Positions 25,867-37,700 of a stretch of 64,000 bases of DNA are shown here, one piece after another (the first letter of the stretch is position 1; each line of letters starts with the position of its first letter). The stretch is from Klebsormidium nitens. Its lineage: Eukaryota > Plantae > Klebsormidiophyceae. Under the pieces are notes generated by a model. The model made no database searches. It saw nothing but the letters and a program-made list of their open reading frames with translations, and was not told where the DNA came from. Where the stretch lies: positions 1-64,000 of the forward strand of contig DF237111.1 of the NCBI GenBank assembly GCA_000708835.1, written 5' to 3'. A program made the position numbers and the translations under genes.

Positions 25867-28344
25867 CTTTCGCCGCAGTAAGGTTAGGCAAGGAGAGGAT
25901 TTTGTGATTGGCTACTTGAAGGTGGTGAGTTCATCTGGCGGAGAAACGGCCAGCCGAATACAGCTGCATGAAGGGAATGTGCAATCAGCTCCGATGTGAC
26001 CCTACTTTCCTTATGGGATCGGGGCCCTGGCACACTGCCCAGCTAGGACGGCATTGTTGGATGCAGTTGTCTGACACCATTGGATTCAGCAAAATCAGCA
26101 AGGACAACGATGGCCGCTGGCCCCGATCGTGAGCTCGTCCTTTTGGAAAGAGAGGACAAGAAGGATTGACCCAGCCAGCCGCCTTCGGAATCAGGAATTG
26201 ATTGAAAGCCTATCGAGCATGCTAGCAAGGCTGCAACTTCAAGCTTGTGAAGGTGACGCCGCGCAGACTTTTCTCTTCAGCTTCAGCATGGCCTGCTGAT
26301 TGCCGCGATTCTCTCTTGCATGGTGATTGGCCGGCGTGGCGACTGTCCATGCCTCGTTAGGTCTTTACAGTACCGAATAAACCCTATTCGTACGGCCGCT
26401 AATTACGTTGGTACGACTGTGTCAGTAGGTCCGACAGGTGGATTATTGAAAGATACGAGACGTCAGGATTCGACGCCGAAAGTGTAGTTGACTTATGTTT
26501 TGCAGCAAACCTGGAACGTAGCGATCACGTCGAAGAATGTTTCGGGGCGGAGCAAACTTTCGGACAGAGGCTCGATTTACCGGTCAAATAACCGGTATAA
26601 CCTGTTCTCAAAATGTCAAAAAAGTGGTTTGGATATCCTTCTCAAACCGGGACAGGGCCCGGTCATAGGGCGGTACATCTGGTCTACCTAGCTGGGGCCG
26701 GGCACGCAGGGCTTGCCGGTTACCGGTGCTTCTTGTACGCTGGGTTTACCTGGCCCAGGCCCAGGGCCAGGGGCTTTAGGAGAATCCCGAGATCTCGGAA
26801 GCTGGAGTTGTATGAGATTGTACCATCCATGACCATGACCAAGCAACGTACCTACCGTACTTTACGATGATACCATGCCGCGTGGGTGTTTCTTTCTCCC
26901 GAAAAATGCGCTACACCGTCGATTTCAAAGCCTTACCTATGCAGTCCGTCGATGACTGTAGAAAACCAACGCTTTGGAACCAATGGATGCTGTGCGTATG
27001 ATAAAAGCTCGTATAAAGCTTGATGCGTGAATTTTACTAGTCACATTTCAAAGCATCGATCTCAAGACCGATGGATGACTCGTAGAGCTCTCTTTAATCT
27101 TGTTTATTGATGCGGCAAAATGCCTTGCGAAGCACAATAAGCCTTCCGTTTGAAAAATAAGCTCTGGGTATAACCTTATGGTACGCTCAAGTTTTTGCTC
27201 GCCTATGGATGATGTCCAATCAGTGTACACCATCAAGCAATTATTGCATGAAGTAAACCGCGCCGGGGACCCGGCTACCGCACGTTAGTACGTCGCAGTC
27301 GGCACGGGAGGCGGCGCAGTCAGCCTGCCAAGCAGAATGTGGCAGAACTTACTAAGAAGCCTGACCTGGGCGCTCCACAGAATAGGTATCTCAGCTTCCT
27401 ACAGGTACCGTACCCACCTAGCCTGGCACAAATGTCGTCAGTACTTACTGGTCGACGAAGGTATATCTGCATTTTGCCAGCACAGTGCTGAGCACTGGCA
27501 AAGCCCGCGCCGTCACAAAAGCATCCCGATTCCCCGTAGACTGATACTGTAAGCCAATATTACTGTAGGACACAAAGTTTCCAGCTCTCAAAGTGTACCA
27601 TACCACCATTATTCTCTTATACAAGCATGATATTTAGGTACTATCGTTTTGCTGTTAGGCCAGCAAAGAAGACTCAGCTGCCTTCAAGAACTAGGTATAG
27701 CGAGGCGCCATGGCAGTACTACTACCAGCGCTATCATGAATGCATCTGCAACGCCCCCGTGGCGGCCCCGTGCCTTGCATATTCCGGTGTGGTGCTGTTG
27801 GCTGGAGTTGTTCAAGGTTGGAAATGACTTTTGTGTGCAAACAGATTAACGGAGGAGTGTATATCCTCTGCCTCAGGACGAGCCGCTCCATGCAGTTGTG
27901 ACAATGCCCATGCCGGCGCCTAGTGCATTGTCTGCATGTATGATAACCGAGTGTCTTCGGTACAGTCACAGTGCCGGCGCCAGTACCTGGAACTGGTAGC
28001 AGCACATTGATAGCAGTTCGAGGGCCGCGCCTGGATCAGCAACCTCTCCTTCAATCAGTAGCGCTGAGCCAACGTACGTGCAGATCTGGAGGACCTATGC
28101 AGACAGGCAGCATGCTTCTCGGAACAGGCTGTATAGCGTTCTAACCTAAATACTTCAGACGATTAATGAAAGTTGTTGAGTGCTCTTGAAATGGACGGAC
28201 TCAGCAGCATGCGATGGGCAATGGACGGTAGTCTTGAGTCACTGACAGCTACTACTATTTGACAACCTGCTTCTGGTCAAGGCAATCCATCCGTTGGCCC
28301 GGAACAGCAAAAATCAGGAGTCATGACAATTGAGGGATAGTAAG

Positions 28345-28487
28345 CTTTAAGAATAGTAAGCTGTGAGTTAGCTCACCAGCCTGGGACAGGTAGGTTAATT
28401 TGGGGGTTAGGGTGGGTACAGGTGCGGAGCGGGTAGGTGCTAAAAGTTACGATTTTAGTGTTTCGTTTGAGCTTACTATTCCTAAAG
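28345..28487 (+). mobile_element. MITE-like unit P: G-rich core (28383-28459) flanked by 18-bp inverted arms
   Basis: ctttaagaatagtaagct (28345-28362) matches the reverse complement of agcttactattcctaaag (28470-28487) at 17/18. The core gggacaggtaggttaatttgggggttagggtgggtacaggtgcggagcggg...ttttagt is homologous to the 58.5 kb cores. Confidence 0.7.
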
Positions 28488-29182
28488 TGTCGCGTCATAA
28501 AAACTAGGAATTTCTCCTGATTGTTTTACAATTTCGTACCCCAAAATTGGATTTTCACTTCCGAAAAGATCCACAGGGATATGTCGTTGTACATGGCCTG
28601 AACATTTAATCTGCATTGATTTCATGCATCGCTGAGCTGACCAGTGTTCGTACAGTGGCTGTAGACGTTTGCAGCTCGCGGACTCCAGTTTGGTGATAGG
28701 TGCATCTACTTGAGTCCACGTCAATTCCGCAGCTTGAGTCCGCTTTGTTGGTCATAGACCAGTAGGTGGAAGCCAATCTTCCTGATCACGATTGACAACA
28801 CTTCGACGCGTATTCATCCAATCCCCAAAAGCGAAGTCGCTGACCTAATATCCGAAACATTGAAACCGATAAGCATGATACTCCGGAACCAGAGTGTTTT
28901 TAAGCTCGTGACGTGAGCAGAGCCTGGCACTGAAAGAACAATTTGCAAAGCTCTTTGAAATATATATAAGACTTGAAGCCGACTTCTTCGTGCAGATACA
29001 TTACAGGCTTCGTAAGCAGGATAGAAGATTGAGGTCAACTTTTAGACAAAGCCGTTTGGGGGCGTCAGTACCCCCTGATCCTCCGGTCAGTCGAGATGAA
29101 GGTTCTTCCTTCCACTCCACGTGAGCTGCACGAATCACCTAGGATCACGCCTAGGATAGTTCGTGTACGAAGTTAGAACCCT

Positions 29183-31791
29183 CTATGAGAGCTCACGGTT
29201 TTCCTCTGGAGCGAAGAGTGAATGTGACCTCTGCACGTGTTCTATCTCGTCCAGCAAGGATCCCTCCAGTTCCTGCCAAGCCCTTTCAACTGAGGTCACA
29301 TACTCTGCAACAGAAGAGATGAGCCTGATCGAACTACAGGAAGACGTTGCAGCCATCAAGGTTGTATCAAAGCAGGCCCAAGAAGGGTAAAAGGAAAGCG
29401 GACTCGTGAGAATGACAGTTGGAGCCTTCCAGTTTCTCTGTTTGCGATCAGACAATCTTCAACTCATCGAACCTTTGACTCACTCACAAGGCGTCACTTC
29501 TTATTGAGCCACTCAAGGAGTTTGATCAAGTATGCAGTTTACCACAGGTATATAAGAGCATGTTATCGTTGTCAGGGTCAGTACCTCACCGTTGAAATTG
29601 GGATCAAGGAGATAACGCTGCGAAGAGTCGCGAGACACATATCAAACGGCATTCAGGAAAATTGCAGAGTTTCCTGTTCTTGAGCTGGTCAACAGCTTCC
29701 CTGACAATCGGCGATTGACTTGCACCAAGGGTAGGGAAAGCCCTAATGAAACCGCGGCACGCGAGCGACCACCGTATTTTTCAACATCACGAAAGTGACA
29801 CAAAGTAATAATGACCAAGGCATGAGCTGAATAACGAGAAGGGTATCGTCAAGTTACCTTGATCCGCTCTTTGAGACGATGTTTTCTGGCCGCCGCGTGC
29901 ATCTCGCTCTCCGTTTCGGCCTCTGCAGCCCCAGTTGTTGAAAATGAATATTGACCTTTCAAGCATCTTCCGATTCCAGCAGAAGGTACCCGCATTCTAC
30001 GTGGTCGCCTGGCTCAAATATGCTATCGGAATCTCAAACTCTTGAGATTATCCACGTGAAGCAATACTGCAGTTGAGCTTTTTAAGCCTAGGAAGGACTA
30101 TACCTGCGCCAACTTCTGCGGCGATCCAGAGTTGCTGTTGACTGCCGACTGGGACGAGATCCCGGCTTCGTGAGCTGCAAAAAAGCCAAGATTTGTGAAA
30201 TACTGAGTAGGCCCCTTCAACTGGATATTCCCCCCCAGCAATCCATGCCCTCACAATCATCTGCCTGGTTTCCCTGGTTCACTAGCAAGATTGACGGTGG
30301 AGGTCTGATTTGGATGCTTTCGGCGATCAGAAAAGACGACTCTCCTGAATATCGACTGAAGATCAAAGCGCGTACTTTTGTTGAATGCTTGAAGCGCATA
30401 ATTTCGCTACGTAAGCAAAGCGCATATTCTGATAGAGGCCTCGCCTTGTCAGTTGGTCTGATTCTTGTACCGGATTTGGTTGCTGAACGTTGTCGACACT
30501 CACAATTGCCATCCGCTCGTGCCGCGAATGGTCGTTGCAGAAGGTCTCCTGAAGTTACACCACATGTCAGGCGCACGATGGTGAATCTGGAAAGCATGCT
30601 TTCGATCGATAGAAGCTTCCAGGAACCGTTTATCCACAAATCAATTGGTAGACGATTTCAGCAGTCTCACTTGAAGTCCAGTCATCGGTGAACCATTTTG
30701 GGTGAGACATGCTTGAATCGCGATAGTGATCCGCACCTTCAAAGTCCTCCAGAAGTCGGCTGCGCTTTCGGCAGTCTGAAAGTAAAGCACAGTCTTTCTG
30801 ACCTGAGACGAGAAAACAGAGAAAGGCCTGATCAGACAGCTACAGCTTTCTTTTTCTGGATTTGGATGAAGTAGCAGGAGAGCCGAGAACCGAACAAGCT
30901 ACTGTCCTTGACATCCAGTCCCCTTTTCCGTTCAGACCTCTCAATAGGACTTAATTTTTGCCGTTGCTAAAGTCTTGCCTGTAGAGATTCCAGCATCATC
31001 ATGCAGACCTCTTTTGCTGGACATTGTACCGTCTACACAAGGTCTCTGCACTTACAAACGAAGTACGCACTAAACACACTCTTGAGACCGCTGGCACTGG
31101 AGACGAAAAGCTGCTTCACAAAAGCTTTCTCAAACCACTGGAAGCGCACGCGAGCGTACCGTGCCGTCGCCATGTACAAGCAGAATCGAGCGACCTCTTT
31201 CTCCGCACCTTTGACCTCGAAAGCAACCTAGGCTGGATAAAGCACTTCTGCCCTGTCGCAACAAGGAAATTGGTTAAGTCAGCTCAAATTTGAATTTAGA
31301 CAGGATCATATGCTGACCGGCACGTGTCCAGGCGCAGGGCAGCAAACGCGTGGTTGCTATTGATGTAGCAGGCTTTTGCAGTACTCTTTTGATCCAAACT
31401 CTATGCAAAAGTCTTGCTAAGAATCTCTGATGCAGGTTACCTACGTACGCTGCAGAGTGCGCCCTAAATGCCTTTAATCGTGTTGCTTACAGAGGGAGCA
31501 GGAAAAGCGAGGATTTCGGACTTTGACATTGAAGTTGCGAGGCGTCCTGCTGAAGTTCATGTCCTCCCCAATAGTCCTTACCAGGAGTTGACCTTTGAGA
31601 TGGATTGACAGTTGGCTACCCTGAGGATGCAAACCTCTTGTCAGCGTAATCGAAGCGCAGCCACTGCTTTTCAACCAGGAGCCGAAGGCTGCATTCTTCA
31701 AGGGTTGAAACTTGCATGGATGTGGTTGAGGCACAGCTGGAATGAAAAGCGCAACATGTGCCAGCCAGCTATTGGACGTCCCGTTCTCCAT
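29183..31791 (-). CDS. PHS1: Probable PHS1/REC114 meiotic DSB-formation protein (PH-like N-terminus, helical C-terminal motif); middle exons only partly resolved
   Basis: Exon 31791-31582 gives SWLAHVALFIP...FGSWLKSS...LSIHLKGQLL. An exon ending at 31160 gives RGRSILLVHGDGT, spliced in phase to 30802-30737 VRKTVLYFQTAESAADFWRTLK. Exons 29922-29858, 29617-29590 and 29304-29183 give LKERIK-RYLLDPNFNE-YVTSVERAWQEL. These match the order and pattern of REC114/PHS1 signature motifs as I recall them; no database search was run. Confidence 0.68.
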
Positions 31792-31946
31792 GCCCCTCAG
31801 CAGTCAGCGCTGCTCCTCCAAACGTCTGTGTGTTTGATTCAAGAAGCTGTTTCTTTCGCAGAGTGTGGATGCCTCGCGCTGGCCTTCACCATGTCTCGAA
31901 GTGAGCTGCCGCCGGCGGGTCCGCCAACTACCACCTCCTGCTGTTT

Positions 31947-32173
31947 CTGGTGTCAAAGAAAGAACGTAAAGCAAAAATTGTTTCGGCGTTCAGAGAGCTA
32001 AGAGTGACACCAACTGCGTGATGCGCAGCGTCAGCAGGTCGTCTTCGAACGTCCTGGTGTCAAGAGCGGAAAAGTTGGTGCGAGCAAGAAACGTCATGCC
32101 GGTCGAAGCGCTACATAACACCAACTGCTTGGTGCCTGCCTCGAGCGGGTCTTTCTCGTCGGTCCTGGTGTCA
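31947..32173. repeat. About 110-bp degenerate tandem duplication
   Basis: ctggtgtca occurs at 31947, 32054 and 32165. acaccaactgc occurs at about 32007 and 32118. Confidence 0.65.
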
Positions 32174-34706
32174 GAAACAGAAACCATGATGCACGCAGGC
32201 TCTGCTGTAATTCCGTCCCTTTTTCAGAATTGTACGCCTCTGACTTTACATTCCCATTCACCAACGTCAGCACTTCAAAAGCCTAACCAATTAGCCGCCT
32301 AGGCAATTGGCGCTCCTTAGCATTCAACGAAGAATAGCTGAAGAGATTATGGATCGTGCCCGAGCTAGCGCTGCGAATCCCAAGGGAGCAATTGATCAGA
32401 CTCGATTCTTCCAGCAGGCTTCACCTGTAGGTCGGATCATTGTTTCGGCGTTAAGAACCCTGCTGAGCCTTTTACATGCTGTCTTTATACCTTCTCTCCG
32501 CCATGGCGACCAATATTGAATGGTACCGCGAGAGGGTACCTGCGGCCAGCTGGTACGCACTTGTCTCAGTTGCAGTTTGCGTCCGCAAACCTTGACCCAT
32601 GGAATTTTACTTGGCTGTAGTTTCTGTGAATTGCGCGGCATCCAATTAGACTTCTTACTCGAATATAGGTGGTTCAACATGATTTTGAAGGTAGGTATAC
32701 GGATCAACGTAGATATGGGGAAGGTCGCCCCGGCCCCGCCCCGGGCCGTAAAACTTTTGTATAAGCGCGAGAATAGGCTTCACGCATTCACTCAGTCAAG
32801 CGCCAGGCGCTCTCATGGAAGGGAGATGTGACCAGAATTCTGTTATTTCGTCGAGCGGTCCCCATACATGTTCTAAAGACCGCTCAGCGCGACGGGCACA
32901 CCTGAACAAACTTGCAAGCTATGCATCTTGGCGGGGCGGCGGCCTGCATGAACGAATATACAATTTAAGCCATGCATGCGCCAAAACATGCAAAGCCTGC
33001 TAATATGCAGGTCATGCACTATATACTGTCATGGTTGCATGCGGCGTCAGCTGCACCAAGGCACGTTCACGATCCGTTTTAATGCAAATTAGGGTGGCCG
33101 CAAGCTAGGTTTAAACTAGGCAGTGCCAGGCTGAGCGCGCGGAAGCGGGCCGGCGGCCACCGTTGGCACATGTATGAGAGCTAGACGGACCAACTGATTC
33201 TGTCTCCGCCTGCAGCGGCCAAATGTCACCGCGAGCCTGCCGGGGCATTTAAAATTTGCAGCAGAACAGCTCTGGCTGCGGCTCCGTGGCAGGCCGCCTG
33301 TTTCGTAAGCCCGCGGATATATGTGCCTGCACTGCCTGGCGCCGCAATCCGCAATCTCGCGGATCACAAAAATCCCGGAGAGTCTGAGCTTGACTTAGTG
33401 AGGCCCTGAGGCCTCATTACGACATGAACACCACCTTATCCACTGGCTCTCTATGTTTCATAAGCTATAACTCTGGCATATAGTACGACAACGGTTTCTG
33501 TATTGCTGAGATGACCCGGCGCTGACCATGGCGCTGTGTACTGTTTGACGTACTGCAGTTGTACCTTGCGACACGGAGCCAGCCTGTGGTCGATTCGTAG
33601 CGAGCATCATCGCTCATCAACGGCAAGTAGGAAACGAATACGTTGCTACACGAGAAGAGATAGTCGGCGCAAGTCTCGTCTTCCCGCCCGTTTGACAAAA
33701 ACCACATTCGTTTGCAAGAAGTGTCCTGGGACGGATTGAACCTGCTGAGTGGCTAGCGATCTCGATCAATTGTAGACTTCTGAGTATGTACATTGGTTCT
33801 TGTGAATCAAGCAGCGCCTTCCTGCTGCGGCGCTCGTGGCTTCCCGCGAAAAGGTTAGACTCCCCCATCTCAACTACGGGGCTACGTCTCCATCTCTTTC
33901 AGCTTTTCCCAAGGCCCGCTTTTGGTGGCGTACCTGCACAAGTGTCAAGATTCTTCATCAGACAGCTTTTCCGCACGAAGCTAGTGTGAGAAGCGGACCA
34001 CGAAGAATGTTTGTGTAGCGCCTTTTCCAAGGTGACAAAATCAGGCTGTACTTTTGTTCGATTCTCGCTGAATGAGTTTCGCTCCAACATTCGTTAGCAA
34101 CGGGATGGTTCAGGACGTTGTGTACTTGCACGGAGACGGCACTTGTACCCCGCGTCTTAAAAAGGATCACCGAAGATCGACGGGCCCGTGTGTGCGTGAC
34201 CACTCCATTCCGGCGTCTTTCTTTCAAACGGCTGAGTACGTTGGGTTGCCGTTATCAGCTCCATGTGGACCTAAATCCGAACAGATCGGAGTCTAGTCCG
34301 CGTCTCGGATGTTACGGGCGCCTATTTGTCGGTTTGTTTCGCTATTTGATTGCTGGAATGTAGTGCAGCAGCTCTGTGACAGATGACAACACGAAACTGT
34401 GCGTGCGGCAAGAACCTACACGTTTCGATTTGTGCTTGTCGGCACGTTCTCTAAATTGTAGAGAAAAGCCACCGACTGGTGGGCCACAGGGGACAGGGGA
34501 CCGACGGGACGCCAACTTGCCATAGGTAGAGCGGGTAGTGGTTTCCAAAAGGGAGCACTCAGAACGCAACCAATAAGCGAAGCGCTCTGACTCGACCACC
34601 AAGGTCCGCGACCCGCATCTCCAGACGTGACTCCCACCAGCTTCGATTCAGACACCAAACTTCAAACCTTGCGATCCAGACTTCGCACTCGAAGCTGCTG
34701 GCGTAC

Positions 34707-37700
34707 CTTCCCACTCCTAGCAGGGCTCGTACGGACATGAGCACTGCGAGGCCTATCCAGACGCCTTTAATGCCCAGGGACTGGGGGGTGAAGAACATCA
34801 CCGCCATCGCAGGGATCGCCGCGAGCACCTGAGCAGGACATGCGTATTGTTCAAGACTCTAGGGTATATGCCGTTTGGGGGTTGAGGATGAGCGGACCTA
34901 AAACTTTTGATATTGGGGGTGCGAGTGAGAAAGGTCCCGTCCCTTGCGCGGGATCTCTGAGTACGTCCGAGGTCTTTCAAATTGGTAGGAACGCGTCGCT
35001 TAAACCGTAGCCTTGATTCCGTCTAGGTGGAACAGTCACGGGCATGTGAGATTCGCGCTGCTAGGTACACCGAAGCGGGGTAAAGTCAACCGGAATGAAA
35101 GAGTGAGAACTACGATAACAAAACAGATTACCTGATGTCTCAAGAGGAGTCCAGTGGTGATCCAATGCTGTCCTGGAAATTCAATAACCAATCCAGTCTC
35201 CACAAATCCTGAGCGCTGCTGATGGCTGAAACGAAGGACAGAAGAAGAGGCTCCAAAGACGAAACGCGCCTCACCGAACAGAGACTGTTCCTTCAAAGAT
35301 CACAAGAAGTACATATCTCGTTTTATCAATCAGCTAACGGATGGGGGGGACTTTGCATAAGGGCGCCCAGACTGCAAGCGTCGTTCTCTTTGGCGGGCCT
35401 GACCAACTTGCTAATCGCAAGGCTGTCTTTCGCCTTTATGCTTTCTCAGCTTCCGCCTGACCCATTAAGATTGGCCCCTCTGGCAGACAAGTTGAACACG
35501 ACGGATCTGCGTGCGAGCAGCGAAGAAGCGCGAGCAGCAAAGGGCTTATTCATACCGGTCCTTCGCTTATCGTAACCTGGGCGCTGTAGACATGGTCGGT
35601 CGCTCTCGCGAGCAGCAAAGGGCTTATTCACACCCGCTTTCAACCCACTGTAATCCCCATAATTACCACAACTGGGCGCAGTCAGGACGTCGGCCGCTTT
35701 AGCGAGCAACCAAGGCCTTCTTCTCAACCGTGCATTTCCACTTACCATAACCTGGGCGCTGTAGACGAAGTCTGACGCTCCGTAGTGCAGGCCGTCCCAC
35801 ACAAAGGCGAGCGCGTTGACGGGCTGAGTCAGCACGATGAAGGGGAGAAGGGACGCGATGATCGCCAGGACCGCGGGGTCTTGCGTGAAGGCCTGAGAGA
35901 AGGTATGCGAGCTTCACACTTTGCCTCAGGTACCAAAGAGAAGGCATGGGTTCATAAGTAGAATCGCTCACTGAAATATACGCCGTTTGCTTAAAGGATG
36001 TGACTGACGAGTGCGCATATTTGTCAAGCCAAAACAGCGAGGGCGGCATCGAAGTCTGCAAGCATACTCGTTCTTCCAGACTTTGAATTCTCAGGGCATG
36101 CAGCCCCGTCAACAGTCACGCGAACAACGCTCGTACCTCTTTCGGGAATCTTTCATTCAAATGACGAGTATACGAAAACATTACTCGTGTATCGAGGAAG
36201 AAATGAAGAGTAAGACGTTTTTCAAGGGACATAGCGAGCAAGTCCGCATAGGCGTTCTGGCAAACGAAAGGGTGCGGCAAGTCGCAACTTGACTATACAG
36301 GAAAGGGGCAAGAAAGACAGTGAAAAGGAGCATAAATTGGCTTTGCACCTAGCATCGCTTCGTTTCTAAAATAGTACCAAAATGTACCTCGAAAAAACAG
36401 ACAACGCAGCTTTGCATCAAAGGATAGCTTCTCTTACCAAGGGTATAGCGTATTGCCCAAAGAGGAACACTGCGGCCATGACCCCGCCCATGACGAGCCC
36501 CAGCTTCATGATCCGCTTCGCGACCGTGTCTATCAGCGTGACGTCATCCTGCGCAAACGCGCGTGCCAGGATGGTCTGCCCCGCGAGAGCCACCGAGTCG
36601 GACAGGAGCGACGCCGCGAGCCAGACCTGAAAAGACGGTCAAGTAGGGAAGGTTATTGGAAAAGATAGTAAAGGATAGAAGGCGGCTGGAAAAGATGGTA
36701 AAGAAGAGAGGCTTGTGAAGGCACCTTCCGCAAAGGCTCCTGCAACTTTCGCAACTCGGAAGCTTAACGAATCAGGGTTAAATATGGATGGGATGAGATT
36801 CCTCCTCCGAACAGCTTCCGAATTTGTTTCTCGCTTCCGTACACTGCATTAGAAATCCGTAGCAAGATGCTCTCGTTAGACATTCACCGACCTTTTTTTA
36901 GGATTCATTCTCATCATAACATTGCCTTTCAAAGCGGAAGGGGGCAGAAGCTTCTTCTACGGTGCCCTGAGCTGACCATGCAAACCCATGCAAACCTATC
37001 AGAGAAAGAGAAGGAGATCATGCGACCTCTTGGCCAAACTGCAGATTCTGATTGCGGACACTCTGATAATCTTCGGTCTACGGATCTTTAAGAGTCGGTC
37101 TACGGATCTTCAAACACGACCACCCGTATGCAAGTACGGTGTTCCGCCATGCTGGCCGTTCCCAACCGTAATCCAGCCACTATTTTCTCATCTAGGTCAA
37201 CAAGCCCTTAACCAGATCATGAACTCGATCTTCTGATTTCATGCCTCTGGCCAACCTGCCTCGTAGTATCTTTTGCCGCGGCTCGAACAGTGGCCGCAAC
37301 TTTCGAGGTCGCTTGCATGAAGCTGGAAGCAGCCAGTGAGTCAAGTGTCCAAGCTTTGACCCCTCCGCAGGAACTCAACGGTCTATCTGGACAGCGTTGA
37401 ACGTCCATAACCACCCATAACTACCCATAACCACCCATAATTAAACGATTATTATGTTACAATCCCACAGCCCACCTGTATGCAAATCTGGTGTGCTGCC
37501 ATGCTGGCCGTTCCCGTTCTCGCCGCCATGGACGTCGCTAACGACATGGTAAAGAGGCTCGCGAGCGTCCGCCCGAGAAGCACCCCGCCTGAGAAAGACA
37601 TTCAGGAAGGGGTGAGCTGGCATTATGTCGTCCGTCAATGAAGCCAAGTAACGTCGGTAATGACATGGTGAACAAGTTCGCGAGCGTCCGCCCGAGAAGC

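Noticed and set aside
33119-33340. Short inverted match (aggcagtgccaggc / gcctgcactgcct) as MITE termini
   Set aside because: Only about 13 bp with an indel in GC-rich DNA, with no TSD and no second copy.
34416-34706. AGRGPWW as the terminal MATE exon
   Set aside because: No phase-compatible AG acceptor joins it to the 34707 donor, so the last exon is left unresolved.
37405-37440. (CCATAACYAC)x4 short tandem repeat
   Set aside because: Ordinary intronic minisatellite with no further structure.
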